From sequence record SRR31156797_7069: a stretch of DNA of 60,460 bases; one strand, 5' to 3'. Shown one piece after another: positions 46,164-57,766 of this stretch. Each line of letters begins with the position of its first letter. Position 1 is the stretch's first letter. The notes below the pieces were generated by a model. The model saw only the letters and a program-made list of their open reading frames with translations. It was not told where the DNA came from and did no database searches. A program made the position numbers and the translations under genes.

Positions 46164-47732
46164 ATGGGATCATTCATCATTTTTAATTTTGACGGAACAG
46201 GTAACGAACCTGAAGATGCCAAACAAGAAATAAAATATAAAGCTAAACAAGAAGACGACAACATCAGTAACGTTCTAAAACTGCATTTAATGATGGGAGG
46301 GACTCTGTATCGCGAAGGTCAGCTCTATGGGCAATCAAAACTCGATGCCATCCATCGCTGCTTTTACTATCAAGGGGTTGGTACCAATGGTAGCTGGGTG
46401 AAAAGAGCCATTAATCAAGGCTTAGCCCTTGAACAATGCGATGTGGCATCCATTCTCAATAAGGCAATGCAAGATTTTAAAAGCAGCTATAACGAAGGTG
46501 ATATTGTGCTCGCGATTGGCTTTTCCCGCGGAGCTGCATTAGCACGTCGTTTTGTTGGATTAATTTCAAAACATCACCCACATCTAAATCGTGTTCAACC
46601 ATTTGTATTTCTGTGCGTGTTTGACACGGTGGCCAGTATTGGATTACCCAACTTAAGTACCGCTTGTCGCCCAAGTTACGATGTGGTGTTTGAGTATGGC
46701 TGTACGTTGTCGCGCATCGTAAAACAAGCACTTCACATGGTCAGTCTTGACGATAAACGTAAGGCATTTCAACCAACCTTAATGAACTACGATGAAAAAC
46801 GAATCCAAGAAATCTGGTTTGCTGGCGCTCATTCAGACGTCGGAGGCGGCTACTATCGGGACGGGCTGGCTGATATCACACTGAGCCATGCGATTAAGTG
46901 GTTAGAACACATGTCCCGAACGCATGATCTCCCCTACATCGACTTCAAAATGCCCAGCCAGAAAGACATCGACAATGCGTGCCCAGATAGGTTGAAAGGG
47001 ATGATTGGTATCGATGATCTGCAACGTAACCCAAATCCATTAGGCAAAAATCACCAGCAAGATCGATGGCCTATCTCAGAATGGATTAGCTTAGATGACC
47101 GCCGCTGTTGTGTCATCGAACAAGACACCATTAATAAAGAACGCTTTCCTATCATTCACTATGCCGTAGCTGAGCGTTTACACCGCGATGATGACTATCG
47201 TCCAAAATCTTTAGTTAACACCCGACATTATCTTTGGTACGACTTTATCAATCAGCCTGTCGAGTGTACCAGTTACACCCAACATATTCATTATGCCGCA
47301 GTTAACTGGGAAGAGTTACAACTCAACCAAACGGTTGAACGAATCATCAGTGCTGATCGCTACTACAACTTTTCAGGAATTGTGGTTAAACAAGGCGAGC
47401 AATACGAAGTCGCCGTGACAAAAGGTGACCTTTGGCATGATGGTAAAGAAATCAGTTGCGACGGTAACGGTTGGAATTGCAGTACAGTTCAACTTGGCAT
47501 TGCTGAATTACCGATTCGGGCAATGAGAGGCTTACGCAGAGTCCCCGACTCTGACTGGTTCACCCTTTGCGCCGTTGTTGATAGTGACGATGATACTGCT
47601 AAGGCTGTCGGACAACAGGGGAATTATTCAGTCACCAAAACTGGCGAGTTACAGTTTTTCGCAAATGATCTGAAGTTTAAATATGGCAATAACAGCGGCA
47701 GTTTGAGAATTAAAATTACCCGCAGTTCCTAG
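46164..47732 (+). CDS. DUF2235 (Tle1-like) phospholipase with a C-terminal LecA/PA-IL-like domain
   Basis: FDGTGN, GFSRGA, FDTV, WFAGAHSDVGGG triad motifs; C-terminal FANDLKFKYGNNSGSL; AAGGAG RBS before ATG 46164. Confidence 0.8.
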   Translation: MGSFIIFNFDGTGNEPEDAKQEIKYKAKQEDDNISNVLKLHLMMGGTLYREGQLYGQSKLDAIHRCFYYQGVGTNGSWVKRAINQGLALEQCDVASILNKAMQDFKSSYNEGDIVLAIGFSRGAALARRFVGLISKHHPHLNRVQPFVFLCVFDTVASIGLPNLSTACRPSYDVVFEYGCTLSRIVKQALHMVSLDDKRKAFQPTLMNYDEKRIQEIWFAGAHSDVGGGYYRDGLADITLSHAIKWLEHMSRTHDLPYIDFKMPSQKDIDNACPDRLKGMIGIDDLQRNPNPLGKNHQQDRWPISEWISLDDRRCCVIEQDTINKERFPIIHYAVAERLHRDDDYRPKSLVNTRHYLWYDFINQPVECTSYTQHIHYAAVNWEELQLNQTVERIISADRYYNFSGIVVKQGEQYEVAVTKGDLWHDGKEISCDGNGWNCSTVQLGIAELPIRAMRGLRRVPDSDWFTLCAVVDSDDDTAKAVGQQGNYSVTKTGELQFFANDLKFKYGNNSGSLRIKITRSS

Positions 47733-47802
47733 TTCAATACCGTAGCATGCTTTGTTTAAAAACATTCCCACTCTGTTGTATTACATAGCGTTTCACTCAT
47801 CC

Positions 47803-47835
47803 GGAGTATATCAGCGTTACACAATGATATACTCC
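47803..47835. repeat. Inverted repeat GGAGTATA-N17-TATACTCC (copy 1)
   Basis: GGAGTATATCA-GCGTTACACAA-TGATATACTCC. Confidence 0.7.
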
Positions 47836-47949
47836 AGCCGCATACTGACTTGGTTGCCGAATTCAGTTCACTCGGATTGATCAGAAAAACCCCTATCACC
47901 AATAATTTCAACAACTTACCGCGAGCTTGTTAACATCCGACACACGTCA

Positions 47950-48582
47950 TTACGCAACCAAATCTTGCGCAGACTCATTTTCCAAACGGTAAGCCATTAG
48001 CGCTGCAATTGTTCCAAGTTTTATATCGTGCTTTTGTGAAAACATTTCTAAATCATTTCTGCGTGCCATCGTGCCATCGGCATTCAGCACTTCAATAATC
48101 ACACAAGATGGAGAAAGCCCAGCTAACCTTGCGACATCACACCCGGCTTCTGTGTGGCCCGGACGAACTAACACACCACCTTCACGAGCAACAACCGGAA
48201 ATATGTGTCCTGGAGAAACCACATCTTTTGCTGTCGCATTAGGAGAAACTGCCGTCTGAATGGTCACCGCCCGATCGTAAACAGAGATCCCTGTTGTGAC
48301 TCCCCTAGCCGCTTCTATAGAAACGGTAAAGTTAGTGCCAAACTGTTCAGTATTGTTTTTTACCATCAGCGGAAGTTCTAATTGCTGAGCCATTTGCTCT
48401 GTCATCGTCAAACAGAGCAAGCCTCTACCTTCCGTAACCATGAAGTTAACTATTTCTGGCGTTATTTTGTCAGCGGCAACAATGATATCGCCTTCATTTT
48501 CCCGATCTTCATCGTCCATTAAGATAACCATTTTTCCTAAACGGATATCTTCAATAATGTCTTCAATCACACTCAGTGTCAT
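47950..48582 (-). CDS. ribB: 3,4-dihydroxy-2-butanone-4-phosphate synthase (stand-alone)
   Basis: [27 protein letters not shown], catalytic E; close paralog of the 38740 N-domain. Confidence 0.92.
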   Translation of the reverse strand: MTLSVIEDIIEDIRLGKMVILMDDEDRENEGDIIVAADKITPEIVNFMVTEGRGLLCLTMTEQMAQQLELPLMVKNNTEQFGTNFTVSIEAARGVTTGISVYDRAVTIQTAVSPNATAKDVVSPGHIFPVVAREGGVLVRPGHTEAGCDVARLAGLSPSCVIIEVLNADGTMARRNDLEMFSQKHDIKLGTIAALMAYRLENESAQDLVA

Positions 48583-48634
48583 TTTTAATTCCTTTTAAAA
48601 ATTTTGATCTTTTAAAAAGCAGATTTCTAACTGA

Positions 48635-49435
<801 letters not shown>

Positions 49436-49437
49436 TC

Positions 49438-49467
49438 AAAAAGATATAGGGGATTTCCCCTATATCT
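49438..49467 (-). terminator. Hairpin/terminator between NCS1 and SDR genes
   Basis: AGATATAGGGG-ATTT-CCCCTATATCT with U5 on -. Confidence 0.65.
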
Positions 49468-49480
49468 AAACCATAGATGG

Positions 49481-50962
49481 TTATGCTTTTTCCAGCTCAG
49501 TTTTATACACAAGCTGTGGGCTGAACTTACAAATTACGTAATACAAAATAGCGCCACTAAATGCACCGGTAAACCAACCATAATCATAGAACCAGGTCAT
49601 CACATTGAAGAAAATCGCCATCATAGTGAAACATACCGGAACCAGTAAAGCGATAAAGCCAGCCCAGTTAATTGCCGGATATGCGTCTTCTTTGTACAGC
49701 GCGACGATATCGAGATTTTGCTTCTTGATTAGGAAGTAATCGACAATCATGATGCCCGCGATAGGCCCTAGCAAGCTGGAATAACCCAACAACCAGTTAG
49801 AAATATACGCTTCAACACTAACGTCTGATTCGATCATGCCGACTTTTTTCATCAGCTCCCACGCCATCATCGCAATACCAATAGCGCCTGTTAACAGAAC
49901 GCCTTTTGTATGATCAATATGTTGTGGTGAAATATTTTGAAAATCATTAGTCGGAGAAACGATATTTGCAGCCGTGTTCGTTGATAACGTCGCAATTACA
50001 ATCATCACCATGGCTACCGCGACAAGAAATGGGCTATCAATCTGACCAATTAACGTGATTGGATCGGAGATTGTCTGACCAAACATGGTTTCAGAAGCTG
50101 CCGTCATCACCACACCTAGCGACGCAAACAAGAACATGGTTAAAGGTAAGCCCATAATTTGGCCGACAACCTGATCTTTTTGCGTTTTTGCATAACGGCT
50201 AAAATCTGGAATATTAAGAGACAGTGTCGCCCAGAAACCGACCATTGCAGTTAAGCCAGACATAAAGTACTTTGCAAAACCTTCACCTTCAGGGCGGTTA
50301 GCCGGAGTTGCAAGCAGCTCAGTGTAAGACACCTTATCGCTCGCCCAGAACAGCAGGCCAAGTGAAACAATCAACAATAATGGGGCTGATAGTGTTTCCA
50401 GCCATTTAATCGAGTTTGCTCCTTTAAGCACAACACCAATATTCAGTGCCCAGAAGATAAAGAAGCCAATTACTTCACCCACGCCACCTAAAGATGCCCA
50501 GCCTGAAGAGATTTCAGACAGGAACAAGTGAATTGCCAGCCCACCAAACATGGTTTGAATACCAAACCAGCCGCAGGCAACAAAGCCACGAATCACACAT
50601 GGGACGTTTGAGCCCATAATGCCGAATGATGAACGCAGTACCACAGGGAATGGCAAGCCGTATTTTGTCCCTGCAAAGGCGTTTAGTGTAAGAGGCACCA
50701 ATACAATAATGTTGGCGATAAGAATGGTTAACAGTGCCTCAACTACAGATAATCCAAAGTAATTGGTTAGTATTCCGCCCAAAGTGTAAGTTGGTACACA
50801 GATTGATATACCGACCCACAATGCAGCGATATTGAACTTATTCCACGTGCGCTCTTCAATCTTAGTTGGTGCTAGATCCTTGTTGAAATTCTTGCTGGAG
50901 GTGAGATCTTCACCGACTTCTAACTCGTAGAAATCCCCCACTTGCTTCATTTCCGTTTTCAT
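49481..50962 (-). CDS. NCS1 nucleobase:cation symporter (PydP-like)
   Basis: NKDLAPT, RTW, KYGLPFPV, ACGWFGIQT, NIPDFSRY, NTAAN. Confidence 0.9.
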   Translation of the reverse strand: MKTEMKQVGDFYELEVGEDLTSSKNFNKDLAPTKIEERTWNKFNIAALWVGISICVPTYTLGGILTNYFGLSVVEALLTILIANIIVLVPLTLNAFAGTKYGLPFPVVLRSSFGIMGSNVPCVIRGFVACGWFGIQTMFGGLAIHLFLSEISSGWASLGGVGEVIGFFIFWALNIGVVLKGANSIKWLETLSAPLLLIVSLGLLFWASDKVSYTELLATPANRPEGEGFAKYFMSGLTAMVGFWATLSLNIPDFSRYAKTQKDQVVGQIMGLPLTMFLFASLGVVMTAASETMFGQTISDPITLIGQIDSPFLVAVAMVMIVIATLSTNTAANIVSPTNDFQNISPQHIDHTKGVLLTGAIGIAMMAWELMKKVGMIESDVSVEAYISNWLLGYSSLLGPIAGIMIVDYFLIKKQNLDIVALYKEDAYPAINWAGFIALLVPVCFTMMAIFFNVMTWFYDYGWFTGAFSGAILYYVICKFSPQLVYKTELEKA

Positions 50963-51153
50963 TTGAGTTCCCTCTTCCTAATTGAGATTGATTATTTCCC
51001 TTCGGCTTTATGCTACTACCTATCCAAATAAATCAAATGAACCACTAAACCACTCGTCTAATTATGGAAAACACGAAACGTCGAGAATTAATTGTTAAAA
51101 CAAAATCCGTATAGAAAATACGCATCCATTGAAATAGTCATACTAAATCCCTC

Positions 51154-51711
51154 TTATGTCAGACTGTGGTATTTGCGATTGAAATAGACCAAATTAGAAG
51201 TTTGTTCCGCTTGCCCGATCCCCAGCACTTCGCAGAAAAACACATCGTGCGAGCCTACTGTGGTTCGCGAGGTAATACGGCAATCAAACGCAGTTGAAGC
51301 AGCATTAAGTGCCGGAGAGCCAGTAACAAACGGCTTCCATTCAACGGAATCAAAACGCTCTGGTTGCGTCAACTTGCTGGCAAATACCCCTGAAACGGTT
51401 TCCTGCCCCGCAGCCAGTGTGTTCACACACAGATACTCTGCTTTATCAAATGCAGCAAAGACTGATGAAGAGCGATTCAAACACACCAGCAATGTTGGTG
51501 GAGTATCGGTAACACTGGTTACCGCCGTCGCCGTAAATCCAGCAGGCTGCCCATCAACCATAGTGGTGATGACGTTAACGGAAGCGCCAAGTCCTGACAT
51601 ACCGTCCCGGTACAGCTTCACACCTTTATCTTCAGTATCAACAAACGAAGTAAAATTGAGTTCATTTTCGTGTTCAGCAGAAAATGGAATATTCAGAGCT
51701 AAATTAGACAT
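51154..51711 (-). CDS. rutF: Flavin reductase RutF
   Basis: [40 protein letters not shown]. Confidence 0.88.
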   Translation of the reverse strand: MSNLALNIPFSAEHENELNFTSFVDTEDKGVKLYRDGMSGLGASVNVITTMVDGQPAGFTATAVTSVTDTPPTLLVCLNRSSSVFAAFDKAEYLCVNTLAAGQETVSGVFASKLTQPERFDSVEWKPFVTGSPALNAASTAFDCRITSRTTVGSHDVFFCEVLGIGQAEQTSNLVYFNRKYHSLT

Positions 51712-52294
51712 ACAAACACGCCTCCTCTAACGACAGACGAGGAAGTCGACCATACAATTTAGACGTATCCCCGTAACCGATATTGATAATCAAATTGGTG
51801 GTCCAGCTTGTACCTGAAAAGAATTCTTCATCGACAGCTTTTGCGTCAAATCCAGAGAGAGGTCCGGTATCAAGACCCATTGCTCGTGCAGCCAAAATCA
51901 TATATGCGGCTTGCATGGAGCTGTTGCGCATCGCAGTTTCAAGTGCCAGATCTTCACTGGAAGTAAACCAGCTTTTCGCATCACCGTGTGGGAAGAGTGT
52001 TGGCAATGCGTCATAAAATTTTCGGTCGTAAGCCACAATAACCGTCACTGGTGCAGTCATTGTTTTTTCTAAATTACCGCTCGATAATGTCGGAGCTAAA
52101 CGCTGATTTCCTTCTTCTGAGGTAATGAAAACAAAGCGTGCAGGAGAACAGTTGGCCGATGTTGGCCCTAAACAGGTCAGTTGATACAACTGCTCTATTT
52201 GCTCTTGAGTGACTTCTTTATCCAGCCAGCCATTATGCGTTCTCGCTTCAGTGAACAGCTGCTTCAATGCTGACGAATCCATCGTCTCGTTCAT
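51704..52294 (-). CDS. rutE: Malonic semialdehyde reductase RutE (nitroreductase family)
   Basis: [37 protein letters not shown]. Confidence 0.93.
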   Translation of the reverse strand: MNETMDSSALKQLFTEARTHNGWLDKEVTQEQIEQLYQLTCLGPTSANCSPARFVFITSEEGNQRLAPTLSSGNLEKTMTAPVTVIVAYDRKFYDALPTLFPHGDAKSWFTSSEDLALETAMRNSSMQAAYMILAARAMGLDTGPLSGFDAKAVDEEFFSGTSWTTNLIINIGYGDTSKLYGRLPRLSLEEACLYV

Positions 52295-52306
52295 TGGGAT
52301 TTCTCC

Positions 52307-53083
52307 TTAAATCTCGTTATAAAATTCAAACATCGCTTTATTAAATGTCTCAGGCTCGGAGACATTACAGGCATGCCCCCCTTTATCTAATAAATAGAAC
52401 GACGAGTGATAAAGTTTGTTCTGTAGTTGTTCGGAACAGGAATACGGCACAAGTAAATCATCGCTACTTGCGATAACACCGACTGGGCATTTCACTAGCT
52501 CGATGTGTTCAGAAATATCGAAGTTTTCAACCGCGCCGATTCTTCTCAACAAATTGTTTTCATTGAAAGGCGAAGAAAGAACCTTATCGGCTTCTTCCTT
52601 CAACAGAGCAGTATTACGTTTCATCCATTGTGCGGGATACAAAAACAGTGGCTGAGCTTTGAAAAACATCTCCACGCCAGAATTACGCAGCAATGACTTT
52701 CTGATTTCAAAACACAACTTGGTATGTTCATCGGTTTTATCCCAGGCATTGATTAGAAACAGGCTGGAAATTCGTTGGGGAAAATCGACCGCCAACTGTA
52801 AACCCACTAACCCTCCCAGTGCATGCCCTATAAAATGCACTCGTTCGGTATCGCTTTTATCCAGCAGCGTCACTACTTCCTGAGCCATATCAGCAATGCT
52901 GTAACCTTGTGGGATCTCTGCCGGGCTTTTACCTGTACCCAAATGATCATACACAATCACCCGAAAGCGGCTTTTCAGTGCATCAAGCTGATGGTGCCAA
53001 TAACTATGAGAACCACCTAAACCCGATGACAAAATCACCGTCTCTTTATATTGCTCACCTTCATCATGAATTTCGTAATACAT
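52307..53083 (-). CDS. rutD: Pyrimidine utilization alpha/beta hydrolase RutD
   Basis: LSSGLGG, GHALGG, AQPLFLYPA, DDLLVP, GGHACNV; start could be TTG 53101. Confidence 0.9.
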   Translation of the reverse strand: MYYEIHDEGEQYKETVILSSGLGGSHSYWHHQLDALKSRFRVIVYDHLGTGKSPAEIPQGYSIADMAQEVVTLLDKSDTERVHFIGHALGGLVGLQLAVDFPQRISSLFLINAWDKTDEHTKLCFEIRKSLLRNSGVEMFFKAQPLFLYPAQWMKRNTALLKEEADKVLSSPFNENNLLRRIGAVENFDISEHIELVKCPVGVIASSDDLLVPYSCSEQLQNKLYHSSFYLLDKGGHACNVSEPETFNKAMFEFYNEI

Positions 53084-53121
53084 ACCCTGCTTACCCTTCA
53101 ACTGATTGAAATAACGCTTAC

Positions 53122-53511
53122 TTAAGCTTTACCAATGTGAGCAATAGAAGCGATTTCAATTAATGCCTCCTCTTTCACCAACCCACATTGAATACAGTAG
53201 CGAGCGGGTTTTTCACCGGGAAAGAAGTCTGCATAAACAGCGTTGATAGCCGCGTAGTCGTCCCAACTTTTAATCATGATCATGTTGAATGTCACATCGT
53301 CCATTGTGCCGCCCGCTTCTTCAACAACACTACGAATTGTGCTCAGCACGTGACGAGCCTGTGCTGCGGCGTCGCCCGGGAACACAACATTGTTCTCACT
53401 GTCAAAAGGCAGTGTTCCCGATACATACAACACGCCATCAGCCATAGAGCCCGGAACATACGGCGCAAGTGGTTTTCCTGTTCCTGCAGGAAGTACGGTT
53501 TGTTTAGGCAT
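53122..53511 (-). CDS. rutC: RidA-family protein RutC
   Basis: MPK...[27 protein letters not shown]. Confidence 0.93.
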   Translation of the reverse strand: MPKQTVLPAGTGKPLAPYVPGSMADGVLYVSGTLPFDSENNVVFPGDAAAQARHVLSTIRSVVEEAGGTMDDVTFNMIMIKSWDDYAAINAVYADFFPGEKPARYCIQCGLVKEEALIEIASIAHIGKA

Positions 53512-53521
53512 AGTAATCTCC

Positions 53522-54232
53522 TTATTTAGCCAAAGCGTTTGAATAATCTTCTAGAGTTGTTACCCAGCCGAAGAAGGTTCGGATGTTAAGTAACGCAGCA
53601 TCATGAGCAGAGCGAGGACCAGCCTGATGGGTAGCATCAGAAAGAACCACGCCGAAATATTCCAGATGGAAACCATCACGTAATGTGGATTCGACGCACA
53701 CGTTGGTCGCAATACCAGTAAAAACAAGATTGCGAATACCACGTGAGCGCAACATAGTGTCTAAATTGGTATTGAAGAAACCGCTGTAACGGGTTTTAGG
53801 GATAATCCAGTCCCCTTCTTGCGGTTTTAGCTCGTCAACAAGGTCATAATCCCAGCCACCTTTTGACAGAAAACGGCCAGAAAGCTCCGGCTGTTTACGC
53901 ATCGTTTTCAGCGCGTTGGATTTATGCCAGTTTGGAGAGCCTTCACCACCCGCTTCAACATAGTTGCTGTCCCAGCCGTTTTGTAAAAACACCACCTGAA
54001 TCCCAGCATTGCGTGAGATCTCGATGGTTTTATTGATGTTTTCAATCACCGGACCAGTTTCAGAAACATCAAACCCTGCCAGATCCAGATACCCTTCCTT
54101 ACTTGCGTAAGCATTTTGCATATCCACGACAATCAAAGCCGTTTCGCTTGGCTTGATCGCCAGATTTTCAGGTTCAGCATTAACAACAACCTGCGCTGAT
54201 TCACCAGTATTCAGTGAGTAACCCGTAATCAT
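53522..54232 (-). CDS. rutB: Ureidoacrylate amidohydrolase RutB
   Basis: [36 protein letters not shown]. Confidence 0.95.
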   Translation of the reverse strand: MITGYSLNTGESAQVVVNAEPENLAIKPSETALIVVDMQNAYASKEGYLDLAGFDVSETGPVIENINKTIEISRNAGIQVVFLQNGWDSNYVEAGGEGSPNWHKSNALKTMRKQPELSGRFLSKGGWDYDLVDELKPQEGDWIIPKTRYSGFFNTNLDTMLRSRGIRNLVFTGIATNVCVESTLRDGFHLEYFGVVLSDATHQAGPRSAHDAALLNIRTFFGWVTTLEDYSNALAK

Positions 54233-55320
54233 GCTGCGTACTCTCCCTGAACCGTGATGTGTTGACGGGTTTTCATCAGTGGTTGAATTCGCTCACCAAA
54301 CGCCGTTACACCTTCAACAAACTCATCGAACGTCAGCAGTACGCCGCCCGTTCCTTCTACTTCCTCAACCTCATCCAATAAACGAGCAACGGTTTCGTAA
54401 GAACCCACCAACGTACCCATGTTGATGTTCACCGCTGACGTTGGATCAGACATTTGACGAACGTTCGTGTCGCTGCCTGATTTAGTATCCTGAGCCGCCT
54501 GCACACCTAACCATTCAAGAGCCGCATCATCTTTGCCCTCTTTGTAACTTTCCCATTTCGCGCGAGCGGCTTCGTCCGTTTCATCAGCGATGATCATAAA
54601 CAGAACAAACGAACTCACTTCACGACCGGTTTTTTCCGTAGCTTCGAGCAAACGTTCAGCTTGTGGAGCAAAAGCTTTCGGCGTATTCACACCCTTACCG
54701 AAAATGAAGTTGTGGTCCGCATATTTGGCTGAGAACGCCATACCTGCATCACTGGAACCAGCACAGATGATCTTCATTTTCTCTTGCGGCTGTGGGCTCA
54801 CACGGCAATCTTCCATTGTGAAATAGTCACCTTTGAAATCTGAAGAGCCGGTATCCCATAAATCACGAAGAACTTGCGCATATTCAGACAGATAATCGTA
54901 GCGGGAAGAGAAAAACTCATCACCCGGCCATAAACCCATTTGGGTGTATTCCGGTTTTTGCCAGCCTGTCACCAGGTTCACACCAAAACGACCGTGAGAA
55001 ATTGAATCAATGGTTGAAGCCATACGCGCTACAATCGCCGGCGGTAATGTTAGCGTTGCCGATGTCGCGAACAATTGGATTTTGGAAGTCACCGCGGCAA
55101 GACCTGCCATTAAACTGAACGATTCAAGGTTGTGTTCCCAGAACTCAGTCTTACCACCAAAACCACGAAGTTTGATCATTGAAAGAGCAAAATCTAATCC
55201 ATAATGTTCTGCTCGTAGAACGATCTCTTTATTAAGGTCAAAAGTCGGCATGTATTGAGGCGCATTTTCCGAGATCAACCAGCCGTTATTTCCGATAGGA
55301 ATGAAGACACCAATCTGCAT
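54229..55320 (-). CDS. rutA: Pyrimidine monooxygenase RutA
   Basis: [47 protein letters not shown]. Confidence 0.96.
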   Translation of the reverse strand: MQIGVFIPIGNNGWLISENAPQYMPTFDLNKEIVLRAEHYGLDFALSMIKLRGFGGKTEFWEHNLESFSLMAGLAAVTSKIQLFATSATLTLPPAIVARMASTIDSISHGRFGVNLVTGWQKPEYTQMGLWPGDEFFSSRYDYLSEYAQVLRDLWDTGSSDFKGDYFTMEDCRVSPQPQEKMKIICAGSSDAGMAFSAKYADHNFIFGKGVNTPKAFAPQAERLLEATEKTGREVSSFVLFMIIADETDEAARAKWESYKEGKDDAALEWLGVQAAQDTKSGSDTNVRQMSDPTSAVNINMGTLVGSYETVARLLDEVEEVEGTGGVLLTFDEFVEGVTAFGERIQPLMKTRQHITVQGEYAA

Positions 55321-55374
55321 ATAAAACTCCTTGTAATTAACCATGCATATATTTACTTCCTCGCATTGATCTAA

Positions 55375-55390
55375 ATCAAAGTTTGTGCCA
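55375..55390 (-). promoter_or_regulatory. Sigma54 promoter of the rut operon
   Basis: TGGCAC-AAACT-TTGAT on - (-24 GG; -12 GA variant). Confidence 0.65.
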
Positions 55391-55443
55391 AAAAATAATT
55401 TTGCATAATAAACAGATGGTTAGATTTAAATCACATCAAAAAC

Positions 55444-55459
55444 CAGACCAATTGGTCCG
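55444..55459. promoter_or_regulatory. RutR operator
   Basis: CAGACCAATTGGTCCG vs consensus TTGACCAnnTGGTCAA. Confidence 0.8.
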
Positions 55460-55466
55460 TTTTAAA

Positions 55467-55525
55467 ACAACTGGAATGGTGCAAAAGCACTAATCAAGTG
55501 CACAAAAAACGTACTACAAGGTGCA
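55467..55525. promoter_or_regulatory. NtrC-like enhancer sites
   Basis: AGCACT-N5-AGTGCA 55486-502, plus GGTGCA half-sites ending at 55483 and 55525. Confidence 0.6.
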
Positions 55526-55624
55526 GGAAACGTGCTGCAAAGAACTAAGAGAATTGAGAAATTAAATCAAAAAGAGAGGTAGAAAAGCCCCGATATAGGC
55601 TTTTCGAAGATTGGTATTATGACG

Positions 55625-56308
55625 TTAAATTATGCCGTTAAAGATAATATTCTGGATAGATTGGCAGGTCTGTTCAAAGAACTTCTTATTGCTAAGGTCT
55701 TTACCCGTTATCGCTTTAATCTGAACACTGAAATCGGCGTAATGCTGAGTCGTTGACCAAATGGTGAATATCAATTGAGTTGGCTCAATGGGCTTTATCT
55801 TACCTTGGGCTATCCATCGTTCGATAACTTTGGATTTCTCATCAATGATGTTTTTCAAATCACCATTCAAGTAATTTTTAAGAATCGGAGCGCCTTGAAT
55901 GATCTCTAAACAGAAGAGTCGTGAGGCTTCAGGTTGGTCGCGAGATAACTCTAGCTTGAGGCGTATATAGTTTTCTATCGCGGTTTTCGGGTCGTCTATT
56001 TCATCAAAGCCTGCAATAGGTGCAAGCCAGTCATTAAGAATGTTTTCTAAAATGGTTAAGTAGAGTTCTTCTTTGCTTTTAAAGTAATAAAACAGGTTAG
56101 TTTTTGAAATGTCAGCGCTGTTGGCAATCTGCTCTATTGTCGTTCCATGAAAACCATATTGAGAAAATACAGCCAGGGCAGTTTCCAAAATAAACTGCCT
56201 TTTATCATCGAACTTCTTCCGTCTGCGTACTCCGGGCTCTACTGTTGAGCGACTCTTCTTCAAAGTGCTGACTTTGGTCCCTTTTAGCGATATACCAGCT
56301 TTAGTCAT
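55625..56308 (-). CDS. rutR: TetR-family regulator RutR
   Basis: FSQYGFHGT, SKTNLFYYF, SRLFCLEIIQGAP, WSTTQHYADF; start could be GTG 56323. Confidence 0.92.
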   Translation of the reverse strand: MTKAGISLKGTKVSTLKKSRSTVEPGVRRRKKFDDKRQFILETALAVFSQYGFHGTTIEQIANSADISKTNLFYYFKSKEELYLTILENILNDWLAPIAGFDEIDDPKTAIENYIRLKLELSRDQPEASRLFCLEIIQGAPILKNYLNGDLKNIIDEKSKVIERWIAQGKIKPIEPTQLIFTIWSTTQHYADFSVQIKAITGKDLSNKKFFEQTCQSIQNIIFNGII

Positions 56309-56437
56309 AGGTCTTCCTGACACCTTCTTAATACTGCTGAATTGAAGTCATACTATCATCTTCGAATGGAAATGTGCTTTTGGAATCAAACTAATACCAC
56401 GTTCAGCGCATCGAAAGATTCTCATCAGGCATAAACT

Positions 56438-56450
56438 TGAAAATAATTCA
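56438..56450. promoter_or_regulatory. MetR box
   Basis: TGAAAATAATTCA matches TGAANNTNNTTCA. Confidence 0.6.
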
Positions 56451-56504
56451 TATACAACATGATCAAAATGCGATTGAGTTCATATTAATAAAGCTCAATC
56501 ATTT

Positions 56505-56528
56505 AGCCATCTAGACGTGTATAAGTTT
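56505..56528. promoter_or_regulatory. Tandem MetJ boxes
   Basis: AGCCATCT-AGACGTGT-ATAAGTTT vs the AGACGTCT 8-mer repeat. Confidence 0.75.
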
Positions 56529-56550
56529 TTTGTATTTTTGAGGTAACAAG

Positions 56551-57675
56551 ATGTCAGATCATATCAATCCATTAATCACTCCATTTTTTGCAGATCAGGT
56601 TGGTAGCCTGCTACGTAGTGATAAATTAAAAGCGGCTCGTTTGCAAAAGCAAAACAACGAAATTACAGACGAGCAGTTAATCGATATTCAACGTGAAGAA
56701 ACTCGTTTACACGTAGAACAGCAAAAATTAGCCGGACTTACCGCAATTACGGATGGTGAGTATTCACGAGCGTGGTGGCATTTTGACTTTCTAGAAGGAC
56801 TAGATGGTGTTGAGGGCTACACTCCTGAAGTTCCACTTAACTTCAAAGGTATAAAACCGAAAACTCACAGTATTCGTATCACAGATAAGGTTAGCTTTAA
56901 TCAAAACCATCCGTTCTTAAGTGACTTCGAGTTTTTAAATTCACTCGTCGGCTCCAATCAGCATATAGCAAAACAAACCATTCCTAGCCCGAACATGCTT
57001 TTCTTGCGTGGTAATAACATTGCAGAGTGCTACTTAGTTAATAGAACCGCATTTATCCAAGACCTGATTCAAACCTATCAGGATGCGATTCAGGCATTCT
57101 ATGACAAGGGCTGTCGTTACTTACAGCTTGATGATACCTCGTGGGCATCTTTCTTCTCAGAAGAAGGCGTAAAAGGCATTGAAGCGCTTGGATACAGTAC
57201 TGAAGAACTACTTTCATTGTTCGAACATCTGCTAAACGAATCCATCAAGAACAAACCTCAAGATATGCTTATCACTATGCATATTTGTCGTGGCAACTTC
57301 CGTTCAACTTACTTTGGTTCAGGTGGTTATGAAGCAGCGGCAGAAACAATCTTTGGCCGACTGAATGTTGATGGCCTGTTTCTGGAATTCGACGACGAGC
57401 GTTCCGGTGGGTTTGAACCACTGAAATACGTCAATCGAGACGACCTGTTTATCGTTCTGGGCTTAGTTACGTCTAAATCTGCTGAATTGGAGCCAAAAGA
57501 GTACATCAAGTCCCGAATTGAGGACGCTGCGAAGTATGTCCCATTGAATCAGCTCCGTTTAAGTCCGCAGTGTGGGTTTGCGTCTACCGAAGAAGGCAAC
57601 GTCCTTTCAGAACAAGAACAATGGAACAAGCTAAAACATGTCGTTGAAATTGCGGAAGAGGTTTGGCGGCAATAA
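56551..57675 (+). CDS. Cobalamin-independent methionine synthase II-like protein (single barrel, YxjG/YxjH-like)
   Basis: DQVGSLLR, TDGE, LQLDD, HICRGN, FLEFD, SPQCGFAS (Zn ligands); no N-terminal folate barrel. Confidence 0.85.
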   Translation: MSDHINPLITPFFADQVGSLLRSDKLKAARLQKQNNEITDEQLIDIQREETRLHVEQQKLAGLTAITDGEYSRAWWHFDFLEGLDGVEGYTPEVPLNFKGIKPKTHSIRITDKVSFNQNHPFLSDFEFLNSLVGSNQHIAKQTIPSPNMLFLRGNNIAECYLVNRTAFIQDLIQTYQDAIQAFYDKGCRYLQLDDTSWASFFSEEGVKGIEALGYSTEELLSLFEHLLNESIKNKPQDMLITMHICRGNFRSTYFGSGGYEAAAETIFGRLNVDGLFLEFDDERSGGFEPLKYVNRDDLFIVLGLVTSKSAELEPKEYIKSRIEDAAKYVPLNQLRLSPQCGFASTEEGNVLSEQEQWNKLKHVVEIAEEVWRQ

Positions 57676-57703
57676 GACCCATACACATTCTAAAGCGTAG
57701 ATT

Positions 57704-57740
57704 CGGGAGTATATCGTTACCATACGATGGTATACTCCCG
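57704..57740. repeat. Inverted repeat GGAGTATA-N17-TATACTCC (copy 2)
   Basis: CGGGAGTATA-TCGTTACCATACGATGG-TATACTCCCG; right arm doubles as an extended -10 TGnTATACT. Confidence 0.7.
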
Positions 57741-57766
57741 CCTAAAATCGCTATTTGAACAAAGTA

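Noticed and set aside
52307-53083. Missing catalytic Ser (GHALG) as a sign of a pseudogene
   Set aside because: Ala at this position is normal for RutD
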